Assembly (NCBI GenBank): GCA_973895155.1
Contig: OZ316895.1
Span: 17,439,437 to 17,503,436 of the forward strand
Origin: Marsupella aquatica
Taxonomy: Eukaryota > Plantae > Marchantiophyta
Direction: 5' to 3'
Length of the DNA stretch: 64,000 nucleotides
Made by a program: the position numbers and the translations under genes. Each line of letters opens with the position of its first letter. Position 1 is the stretch's first letter. Positions 37,701-49,100 of the stretch are shown here, one piece after another. The notes beneath the pieces were generated by a model. That model searched no databases, had not been told where the DNA came from, and was given only the letters and a program-made list of their open reading frames with translations.

Positions 37701-39254
37701 AGAAGGGGCAGTCGAGAGTTCCGCGCATGAAAGAAAAGGTGGAGCTGTAGAAATATGGCTAGACGCTTGAAAGCGAGCTTTGAAGGAATGCTAGCGGAAC
37801 GATAGTTGTTGTCAAGACATGCATAGCGGCGAACCCAGACAAGAACAGCGCGGCTCGAAGATTTCACCTCCACTAGCTACAAAGTAACTAAGCGATGATA
37901 CTGATTTGCAAAACTGGGACAACGAGTGATAATGTCGACACATGTCCTACTGCACCTAATGTAGGGCTGAGATAATCAGTGTAGACTGTTCCGTTGGGAT
38001 CGACCCCTGACATCGGATACAGCTGGAAAGTGTCTGACACCGACCATCACTCCACACCATGATAAATCTATTTCCGTTAATTCAATCACTGCACACTGGC
38101 TGTCGTTTGGATGGAATTCGCAATGATTTTTGCGCAAAAATCAGTGCACACTGTATATTCCTTTGCTTGACGCGCTCCCATGTAGTTCACACTGGACCTA
38201 TACCTGATAGGTAGACTTTGGGGTCCTGGTTTTTGGGTCTGTAGTAGTTCTTTGTTTTTTTGATTGCTTGCCTTTTTTGGCCCCTTGGTGGTCCCCCTTG
38301 ATTGGGCCCTTTGCGTGAGGGATCATGTTTCCAGGTTCGGTGCCCTCTATTTTTTGGAGATTTGAGATATATATGTATATTACTACATTTTGATGTGTTA
38401 TTACTGAAATGTACTGAAATGAGCACAGCTGCGTGGTCTTATGAGAGGACGACAGACATGGTGGATACAGTAGTATGAGTGATTGGTGTCCCCCTTGGCC
38501 CAATTAATTTGTTGAAGACTGCCGTGGTGAGCGCTGTCTTGCCATTTGTACCCTCGCAATGGCAGTCTGCAACAAATGAGACCCGTGACTATTCACTTTC
38601 ATTCGTACAGTGAGCAGACGTCAGGGACAGTTTAGACCCTGAAGGAAGGCGAGGAAAGCAAGGTGTTCCCATAATGATGGGAAGTAACCTGCCAAGGGCC
38701 TACCAATTCCAGGGACGTCCATAGGGGATGCGCATTTGCCCATTGATGGTTTCACTCCTGTCATCAGGATCTCCTACAAACAAATTGGTGTCTCCGCTGT
38801 CATTCTGTGACTTGGTTGAGACTTTTGTTGCGTAGCGTAGTTTACTCTGCCTTTTCTTTGTGCCCGGCGCAAACATTTCTTCTTTGGGTAATACCTTAAT
38901 CTAACTATTCATTTTGTCAAAATTCTGCAGAGTGGGAAGCACGATGCTGCAGAAGAACTCTATAGGAAGTGCTTGAAACACAACAAAGGTTGCGGCCGAG
39001 CATGGGCATGTTTGGGATTGATAAAGGAGACTCGCCATTCTTTTAACGACGTAGCGACGTGTCTTGAGAATGCTTGGAAATGTCAGAAGGAAGCATCTCC
39101 ATCAATGGGTTATCACTTAGGACTTGCATATCTCAAGCAGAAGAGGTACATTGAAGCAATATCAGTCTGCCATGAAGTTCGTAAAACCTGTCACAATTAT
39201 CCACAAATCAAGAAGGAAATTCTACACAAAGCTCGCTGGTGTGTACGGGTTTGA
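31716..39254 (+). CDS. IFT139: IFT139/TTC21B-like TPR protein, C-terminal half only (about 592 aa)
   Basis: Nine in-frame exons: 31716-31941, 32361-32548, 33162-33281, 33531-33646, 34030-34210, 34735-34893, 35148-35323, 35658-35946, 38931-39254. TTC21-like motifs LGKAYIVTHNYPKAIEQY, FNRARADAEWG, EDFERAWLMLAGI, CLKHNKGCGRAW, GYHLGLAYLKQKRYIEAI, YPQIKKEILHKAR. Confidence 0.88.
36405..37780 (+). ncRNA. Tandem array of six pre-miRNA-like hairpins (units 180-241 bp) in the last IFT139 intron
   Basis: Each unit has a 5' arm ATTCATTG..ACTGCCATTGC pairing with a 3' arm GCAGTGGCAGTCTTCAACGAAT, and a lower stem ATGGGTTGGGGGCC / GGCCTACCTACCCAT. Conserved 21-mers start at 36489, 36730, 36956, 37136, 37362 and 37592. 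Confidence 0.7.
38198..38420 (+). mobile_element. Probable non-LTR retroelement 3'-end remnant
   Basis: T/G-rich tail similar in character to the 3' ends of the elements at 54843-55100 and 60570-60800; no ORF. Confidence 0.3.
38478..38600 (+). ncRNA. Seventh, dispersed pre-miRNA-like hairpin of the same family
   Basis: ATTTGTTGAAGACTGCCGTGGTGAG pairs with CTCGCAATGGCAGTCTGCAACAAAT. 21-mer TGGCAGTCTGCAACAAATGAG at 38560-38580; loop unrelated to the array units. Confidence 0.65.
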
Positions 39255-39852
39255 AGGCTGCGGTAATAGTTGTGCCTATGCCAATCATGGTTCTTCGACA
39301 ACATTGTGGAAATTGTCTCACCACAGATGTAGATGAAACACAATCCCTTTTTATGTTATACGGGCAATGGCGTGTGAAAATCTTAATGATAGCTCAGATT
39401 TAATCAAATTGAACATAGATGTCTTCCCTTAGATATCCTGACAATTTCCTGAAGACCTCATGTTTCAAGGGTCGCGATCCATGCAACAAAATTCCTTAAG
39501 CGACTACATGTGATTCTTCTTCCCTCTCAAAGTCCTTGATTATTATGCTGGTACAGCATTTAAACGTTCTAAGCTATAATGAGCAGGAACGTTTCTAAGT
39601 AAACAAGAGGGAAGGCAAGAGACGAAGTAAAGTAGCGTTTGCAAATTAAATCAGCATCAACTCAAATTGCATCGAGGCTAGCAGATATTCCAGGGCGCTG
39701 GCAACTTCCTTCACAACTCCCGGGAAAAATTGTCTCCCGGAGGTTTACATATTGTCGTTGTAAAGTGAGCCGTGTATATCGCGATTTCCCCTCGTACGAA
39801 ATTTGGCTAGAGCACAAAGTGAAAGCAGATGTTTCCCTTGAGTACCCATTGC

Positions 39853-40016
39853 GCTCGACTTTAGTACATATATTCCAGTTAACAGTGTCATTTGTGTCAC
39901 AGCTTATACTGGGCCTAGACTGTTGATAAATCTTCCATAAAGCTCGACTTCAGTACATATATTCCAGTTAACAGTGCCATTTGTGTCACAGCTTTTACAG
40001 GGCTTAGACTGTTGAT
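39853..40016. repeat. About 75-bp direct duplication
   Basis: CTCGACTT.AGTACATAT..TCCAGTTAACAGTG.CATTTGTGTCACAGC...AGACTGTTGAT occurs twice. Confidence 0.8.
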
Positions 40017-41605
40017 GAATCTTATGAATTTTGTGGAGTGCGCACCAATTCACCAACAAGTTGACGTGGGTTGGAGACGATTGAGGGCTGTTTACACTTG
40101 AATGTGACTCACTGTACACTTAATTAATGAAATGCATGAAAGACTGTCGAGCCTTAAGTGGCCACTACCCTGTTGTGCGCGGACTAATACACAAATGAAC
40201 AGCTCCAGACATGACTGACAGCAATTTTGAGTGGGCCCGGTCTGGAATTCTGTTCATGCTTTTCAAAGTGGGGGATGCATGAAGTGAAGATATTTGTGCT
40301 CGGCGGACGCATGTGAAAAACATTTCTTCGAAAAAAGTTTCAGAGTTGTGGGAGCAATTCTTTTCGGTTATCTTCGAGCCGGGCAAGTAGCTCAAATGTC
40401 CGACTCATCAAGATTATTTGTCGATTGTGTAAATCAACTTTTGAGATTGAGAGTTGTTTTGAAAAGCTTTCTCCATTACTTCTTTAGATGTGGAAGTCTG
40501 AATTGTTTGTTGTCTCCACCTTGTACCCTGAGCTGAGGAACTTTGTGATTCGTAATTGGGTAACTTTAGTAGCAAATCAAAAGGGATCCTCCTCGTCGAG
40601 AGCTACCGTGGTTGAGCAGACGAAGGGAGGGACATCAAACCCTCAAAGACTGGAGGAAATGGATTTCCCATGTTACGTACGGGTGGGCTACAAACTGGGT
40701 TTCCGGGCAAGAGAATTTGTTTCATTATCTGGGTCATAACATAGTGCATAAGAATACGTACGAAAACCTCGTCTGACAAGTTAATGGGAGTACACTAAAA
40801 CCTTGTAGGGAACCTATAAACTTCCAGCAGGTCCCTGGAAGTGGTAGGACGCTTAAATTTGACATTTAGCAGGTCCCTGGAAGCACCTGATATAATTCCA
40901 CGTTCAGTAGGCCATCGACAGGTGCACGGTAGCTTTGTTACTATGGAGGCAGTGGCCTCACTAACTTTGATCATTCACAAGATCAGAGCTAAAGCCATCC
41001 AAAGAGTTATCGACGAGTTGACCCGTATACAGCAATGGTGCTGGAAGTCTCTCTGTCAAACGATGTCTTGTATTGCATGCGAAGAATGTTCAATAGCAAG
41101 TTCAATGTTATTGACATCGTCACGAAGATTTGACTCTTTCATAATACAGGATGGAATCGGGCAAGAATTTCTTTGACAAGGCAGTTTTAGCACTTAACTC
41201 AATTCTGAATGGATCCATACTCTACTTGATAGCGCGCACATGCACCCTAACCACAGTACTGGCCTACATCCGTGGTTCGGAAAACCCATATGCACACAAC
41301 CAACTCCATGCTGAGGATCTGACAGGTATTTTGGATGTAAGCTTGTTAGTGCCTGCCACTAAACAGGCAGCTGTACATTCGATGAAGAACGATAAAATAT
41401 TTACAACTTAGATTTTCAGCGTGCTTGGAACTAATTCTGATATGTGGTAGAACTGGAGATGAACCGTCCAAGCCTTCTCAAATTGGTGAGCTTTTGAGAT
41501 ATCTACAGGACACTTCCGAATTCTAAAGGGTTGGGACTCTCCAGATTGCTCCTTTAATTTACAGACTAATATGAAGAAGAGCTGGAGAAGTGATCAACCC
41601 TTTCA

Positions 41606-44218
41606 TCATGTATCACCTTCTGCCGTGGAATCAGATGGAGCACTAAGGAGAAGCAAGGAGTTGAGGAAGCCCTTCTCGTATGCTCCATTCTTGACGTAGC
41701 CCACCATATAGTCAGCAAATGAGATCTCTGGATACCTGCGCGCCTGCGAGCCATTGCCCAGCAGCTCTGCTGCAGGGGCAATTTTGGCTGCCGCATCAGG
41801 AGAAAAGATAGCGGCTGCAGAGTAGCGTGGCTGCTTGGAGTTGACAACGACCCTGTGCATGCCGCTCCTATACGTCCCATTGCTCAGTATCTGCAGTGCG
41901 CATCACGGAGGATATGCAAAATTAATCGCGAATGCATGAGCATTGTCAGGTGACTCAGTACTCTGTAAATGACAATAGTTTCACACACAGTAACTGTGGC
42001 ACACTTAATTGACAAGATTGAAGCAAATTGAAGAAGAAATCAAGCAGGTTTTGTGCTGATGTCTATCTTCCCAGTTTATCAATAAGGACATCAATTCCAT
42101 ACGACAAGTTTCGTTACTTTTGCAGGGAGCCAACAATGCGAAGGGCTGAAAGAGATCGTCTTCCGAGTCCATTGCTGGTTAAACAGAAAGAAAATTAGCT
42201 AGAACAGGTAGTGGAAGCCTCTTCTAGCAAAACATTCAATTGGCAGAAACTGGACAGACTGTTTGAGCAGTGCATAGGGTAGACTACACCAAAATATTAA
42301 GGAGGAAAGGCATAGTGAATTGAAGCAATACTTAGTGACAATAGTGACGCAACATATGCATTGGAATTTACAGTCCCAATGTGACAAAGGAAATACATTG
42401 AGATGGTTTTGAATGACTGATAAGACATTTACAGCTGACAGCACTTCAATAAACGGATCTATCGAACACTCAAAAGAACCAGTTAGTAGATCATGACAAT
42501 TCGAGTAGCCTTGAGAATTATTTTCACAAAAAAGACTAGCGTGTATGACAGAACAGAGTTCCTCTTCCCCAAATCCTGCTTATTGCAGACACCATAACAT
42601 GCATGGAATCTTCATATTTCACAAGTACCAACCTACCTGTATTTGATCTGCAAGATTGACCACGAAGGCATTGCGCCTAGGGGTGACATCCACCCAAGGC
42701 CCTCCATATTTTTGTGCTTGCAGGCCGCCGACTTCATCCTGGTACAGGATGGTGATGCCACCGGGATCAGAATGCCCTGATAGTCCGAGAGTCAGCCGGG
42801 GCTCGGGACAAACTGGGTAGAAATTGTTGTTGATGTAAGTGAAGGCGTGCGCTTGGAAGGCTTCGTTGAGGTAGTCTCTTCTCAGTCCCAGGTTTTCAGA
42901 CAGCACGGCCAGCAGCCGCCTTGCAAGCCCGGTCACTTGCTTGGAGTACTCTGCAGCCGTCTCTCTGCCCCACAGAACAGACCCACATCGAAACATGATG
43001 TGAGATTGTCTCCCAGCTGGAACTAGAGTACACCATTTCCTACTAGGGTGTTGTGAATTCCAGCATTAATTATTCTGGTGTGGCACCACAAGACCGGTTA
43101 CTTTTCGGGGCCAGGAAAGCTAACTGAAATGAATCAATGCTTTGAAACACAATTATTCGCATGAAATTATAAGCTCTAATAGCTAACAGGCTCGATGCTC
43201 TCCAGAAGAAGTTGAAGCTCATATAGCAAGCTAGAAGATAACTAAACTTCATACTGACTGGATGAATGCTCTCAAGCAGAAATTGAGGTTCCGTATACCA
43301 TACATCGATTGTAACAAGACAGATGCTCTCACGAAAATTTGAAGCTCTTATGGCATAACTTCATACTGACCGGATGAATGTTCTCCAGAGAAAATGAAAT
43401 TCATATAGCCAAGCTTCATGCTGACTCAATGGATGCTCTCAAAAGGTTCTACGATTCATTGCCAACATATTTCCCTCAGACGGTTCTCTGAAAATCGAGT
43501 TCTTCAATATAAATATATATGCACTGGTCTACCACACTTCTTGATCTACATGGCTCATAACAGCTATTTCTTTACTCTGAGATTTGGGACTGTCACGAAT
43601 TGATAGTGGAGTAGTTCATTTCTAAAGTGAAAATCTGAGGACAGATGAGACATTCGGATCACTGTACCTGAAACCGACGGGTTTCTCGGGCCATCGAGAG
43701 GTATCCGGGTTGGTAATCGGCTCACACTTGAGACGCAGAAAATCACTCCAGTCCTTGCTGCGCGTGGCGTAGAGGGCCGGGACATTGAAATTGCTCCCGA
43801 CGAATTTTGCCTTCTCCTCCAGCGGCAAGCTGAAGAAGTTCCTCACCAGTCGCATGTAGTCCTCTACCAGCGATTGCTCGACTCCATGATTCACCACCTG
43901 GAAGAATCCCCATTCCTCGCACGCCCTGGCGATTTGCCGCTTGAATTCCTCCGCACTCTTCCCTCCTGCCTCTAACTGCGCCATGTCCAGCGTCGGAATC
44001 GCTGGTGATTCTTCCCTTTCTCGTTGTTGCTCCCATGGTGCATCAGCTGCTGTGGGATGGCACTTGATATGCGACTGGGGAACCTTTTCGGGCTGCTTCA
44101 TGGCCATGGACTGCGAAGGTGGCAGCCAGCTGAGGCCGTTCACGTGCCCGAAGACCTTGCCATTGCCAGCCACCTCGTGTGCCTCTGCCTCGAAGTGCTT
44201 GGAGTACTCTTGTCCCAT
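41606..44218 (-). CDS. 2-oxoglutarate/Fe(II)-dependent dioxygenase (DOXC class), 387 aa
   Basis: Exons 43668-44218, 42637-42964, 41606-41890 (1164 nt). DIOX_N ACEEWGFFQVVNHGV; NFYPVCPEP; Fe ligands HSD...H (MHRV); 2-OG-binding RYS. Confidence 0.95.
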
Positions 44219-46175
44219 GGATTTATACTGAAGCCGTGAAAGAGTGATGTGGAGCCGAGAGCATCGATCCGCAGTTGCGAATTCGCTCAATCTGTCACTG
44301 ATCTGTTTGAAATACAATTGTCCATCCAGTCGGTTCCTTAGAGCTTAATGCTCAGAACCAGCTCCATCTGTTCACTGCTGAGAATCTCAAGCAGAGCCTT
44401 GTCTTTGCTTCCTTCACAGCTCACTCACGTGTTCACTTGCGCTTCTCAGAAATTCTCAAGTGCTCAATTACAGTCAGTGTCCTCTCTTAAGAAGCCGTTC
44501 CTCTGTCTCCTTCACTGACAAAATCTGATCGACCTTCAGGAGACTGAAACCTCCTCTACAGAACAGGAGTGCATGATGATCACACAACTCTCCCGACATT
44601 TTCCATTTTTCTTCCTCCACCCATAATGCATCGTTGCTTCATGAGGGAGAAAGTGAGCACAGCAGAGAACTGTGACCAAAGTGGGCAAAGGGTGTTACAG
44701 ATTTTCTTTTGAATTTTGATTTGCATTCCTCTTGGACAGGGTAATTGTCTTGCGTGCTTTGAGTGAGGGAGAAGCCATTGGAGAATCGTTTTTCCTTTCA
44801 ATTTAGTCTCCACCAGCCCTCGGTATCAAAGGGCTAATAAATTCTAGCCCAACCTCCTTCGAATGAAAACAATTTCCCAAAACGCTTCAGTTGTAACCAC
44901 AACTTGAAGCGAGAAATTAGGGACCGAGTAGGGAAACTCACATACACCATAGCCAAAGTAATAGACTTATCAGCAATGTCCTAATCTCTGTTTATTGTGT
45001 TTGTTCTGTTGTTTATCCTCTAAATATCACAGATCAAGTAATCAGAGCTTAGTACAGTACACTAGTCCAATGTCCATCTGTTGTTGGACTGTATCGTAGA
45101 TATTTGATAATTAATGTTGAACATAAATGACATTATCAGGAAATCAGACACATTGTCGAGAGTTGGCAAGTAGGCTGGGAAACTAGATTTCAAGGCATGT
45201 GCGAGCTGTGGGGTGAGTTGGGCATGGAAAAGGTACATCGTGATGGAAACTAAATTTCTAGGAATATGCGAGTGGTGGGGATTGTGAGTTCGGCATGGAA
45301 AAGGTACATCATGACCCCTTTAGGTTTGTCCTCATGATTAGTAAAAAATGGTACCCAAAATCCAACAGCCATGGAGGTTTCCTGCCAAAATGACATTTTA
45401 GTAAACAGACCATGAGAAAGAAAAAACAGGATTGGATAAAGAAATACTGTAGTAAGTGTGTTCAGTGTTTAGATGAGAGACAACTTCAAAACTAAAATAT
45501 TCATGGCCAAGATAATTCGACAGCCTTTCCCTGTATTTTGTCTGAACGCATCGAAGCAGGAGAAAACTTCTACTGTACATGGAATGGGAATATGGCACAG
45601 AGAGGCTTCTAGGTGAGCAACTTGAAGGTGTTGTCACTTTCAAAGTACAGCGGCATTTGGTGGGACCTGATGCACCTTCCCTATAACGTGCAGCTATTTA
45701 CTGTGACTGAAAAGCCCGCTGAAAATATCTGGATTCTAGTGAACACTCCTGCCTGTTTATCAAGCCTGTTCACAAATCTTCTGCTTCTTGTGAATGCATG
45801 TGATTCCGAAGTAACGTTTCTGATTACCTTTTGGCTCACATTTGTGATATCGGCGGATCGGGAGCCATATCGAGAGCCATATGACATGGGAAATATGACT
45901 CGCACCAACCACCTATGCAAACATGGAAACAAGGACCTCATGGCCTTATATCTCATGTGTCTTATGCAGATCTCGATGCAGATTCCCATCGGGAGATCTC
46001 GTTTCTCAACGAGAAAATGTAGATTTGCTATAAAATGTACACCACCTAAGAAATAATTTTTGCTTGCCACCTTTTCTACTGCATTCAACTTATGTACAAT
46101 TCCAGAAATGGTGGCTAATCTGGCTGTGTAATTCTCTAGTCCCCGGTACTGTAAACTCTCAGTCTCCTTGTGGCA

Positions 46176-49100
46176 CTATGGACGTTGGATGGCGGCATGG
46201 TTGACGTGACTCTGACCATCAACCCCAAACCGACGTGGGCCTGACTTACTGGAATAACCAGCTGTACCTTCCTCTGGGAGTCTCAGATAAGAACGTGCGA
46301 GTTTCAAATCGATTGCCACTATGGAATTTGGTAGTACCACAACATGCATATCCGATCCTGATAAATCCAACTTGGTAATCTTCGGAGACACCTGAACAAA
46401 CCAACGAGAGTGTTTATTGTTCATTAATACTGACATATCCAGAAAAGTTCGATGAAGAAGAGTGCACTTCGTTTGCTTGAAAATCGACAACAATCGATAT
46501 GAGAATATTCCATCCGGCCGCTCCTCCCTATGGAATGATAGCTACTTTTACGCAGTCGAACGAATGAGTACGGGTGAAAAAATCCGCACCTTTTCAGGCT
46601 CATCAAACGAATTTTCATCCCACAAGTGAGCTGAAGCGATCGTAGCCATTGTTGTGTTGGCAAACTCAATGTCATCAGAAGCTAAGCCATCAACAACAAT
46701 GCGCAATGCCAGCACATCTTGGCCAAAGTTAACGACCTGGACAGATAAAATTAAAAAATCACCAGTATGTCAGCCAAGCGTCTGCTGCCATTAGTGGAAT
46801 AAGTCAGTAGGGTTTTGTGAATAGCATGTCATCGCGATAGGAGACTTGATGTGATTTACTTTGTCAGGCAAGTACTTGTACCAGCGGTTAACCCTTAGAA
46901 TGACCCAAAGCTTAGTTCTCTACTGTAGCCGTCCTTAAACTAATACGGCACATGCAATTTCCAGCAAATTAGCGGAGGACGCACCTTGACTATGAGGGAC
47001 TCCTCTCCAGTATTGTCGTCACGCCTTCGAATAGCCGAAACCACCGCTGGAGTTGCGCTGAAGTCATCCGTCAAAGAAACCGGGAGGAGCTGGGCTCCAC
47101 TAGAATGCTTAAACATCCGCTGCACCCAGTAACTTGGGGTGCCATAAACCTTCCAGGAATTGAACACTATCGCATCTGGATTCCATCTGTTGCAGGAAAA
47201 CCCACTCTAAAGTCAGTTCAGAGAAACATAGGCCGGGTTTTTCCGAATCACTGCTACAATAAGTCTGAGGAGAGTAGATTACAGGTTCATGCCTCCGAAA
47301 TAGACACGTTACAACATCCCGGAAATGTCCTTGGCATCCTGTTCCCTGTGATAGCATGACTTCCTCAGAGTCAATGGATCGATACCCTCTAACAGGTCCG
47401 TATATCTGGGAATTTCTTCATGAGGATACCAAGCATCTACAATTCACGACCTTTGATTTTTCAGAATCTTTCCAAGCCATTTCCACAGGATGAATTTCCA
47501 GTTTTACTCTAAACATCCTAACCGCACTAGCAAGCTATCAACGAGGATGGTGAAGCGAACGTACCTCCGATCCATTTGGTGTACGAAAAGTGGTGCGTAG
47601 CTTGCCATCTCTACCACGTCACTGGTAAAGGACACATTGGGTTAGTAGTTCGGCTGGTCACAACAGGAACTATGGAAGCTAGAAGAAGCTCCATGGTGCA
47701 AATGCAATCAACGTCAAGTTTTTCGGACGAGATCGTCAGTATTGAAATATGCGGCAAAAGAGCACCACGCTATGGTTAAAAAAAAATTAAGGTGAAAGAC
47801 CTAGACCTGTTCATCTCCAGGCCAATCATGAAAGCTCCTTCTGCTAGCGCAGCCAAAAGACTGCCTTGTCCAGAATCTGAACCTGTGACAGCATACTCGC
47901 TTACAAATACCTGCACCAACAACCCGTCAATGAAACCAACGTTCCTAAACTTATGATCACGTGATCATTTAGTCCTTCTGTCTGCTGAGATTTACCACTA
48001 TGACAAGAAAGCGTCGCTTTGCAATGCGATACTGAAAACATTATATTTGAACCTATACGCAAAATTTGAAGTGAGTACGAACAGAGAACAGGTAGAGAAG
48101 CTAATAAATATATTTGGAAAGATCTTGCAGTGCATTCAATCAGAAAGATTGAAGTGTTTCACCTTTGGGCCGTTCCTACTGACGTGGTCAAATTGGTGAG
48201 TCATCCAGAACAGGTTATTTGCGTTTGTGTAAATCTGCGATCAGTCCCCAAGGACTACTTAAATCAACAAGCTTGACAAACACTAATGACCAAGGAACGG
48301 TCATCCATACGCAACCACAAGACATTCTGTTCTCCAGCGGCTGTGCCAAAACATAACTTCAATGCGTACAATTTCAAACTACACTGGCGCACTGATGGGG
48401 AGGGTGATTGAGATGTTTTGACGTACATGAAAGTCATACATATCAGCTGGATGATCCAGGGGCTGTGTTGTTGCATCACAGTTGGAGATGAGCTCAATGT
48501 CAGGATAATTTTTCTTTATTGCATTGTAGAATGCCAAATAGTTATCTGCGGGAAACAGACAAGATACAATCATTTACGTCAACTGAAGAGAACACAACCT
48601 TGGAAGAGTAATTCTCTGCGTATGGATTCAGGAAAGGATTTAGCGGGCGGCAGAACAGGAGGTAATCATGCGAACCTCGATAATACGGTTTCCAGCAGTC
48701 TTCATTTCCAATTGCAATGTGGTGTAGTGAGAATGGTTCAGGATGGCCCATCTTTGCACGCACTCCACCCCATTTACTCGAAGGTGCACCCCTTGCAAAC
48801 TCGATACCATCAAGAATGTCCTGAAGTGGAATTCGACCATTAACACCGCAGCAATATTTATGTCAAGAATCTTGCAGCTCTGTCTATTTTCTAAGCAGTC
48901 TTGAAGCCACATTACAAAAGGAGACAGATAGGCAGACAGAGAGGATCGATCAGCTCAGTCAGTCTCGCCCTCCTCTTGGAATTGAAATCCAGATAGCAAA
49001 GGCAGATTACCTTTACATATGGTCTGATAAGGTCTGTAGAGATCCAGTTTTGATGTGCAATGCCTGCAATTTGTAAGACAGCATTTTAGAACAACGCCAT

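Noticed and set aside
36405-37780. CRISPR-like repeat-spacer array
   Set aside because: The segments between hairpins are homologous to each other rather than unique, units are about 230 bp, the context is a eukaryotic intron, and there are no cas genes.
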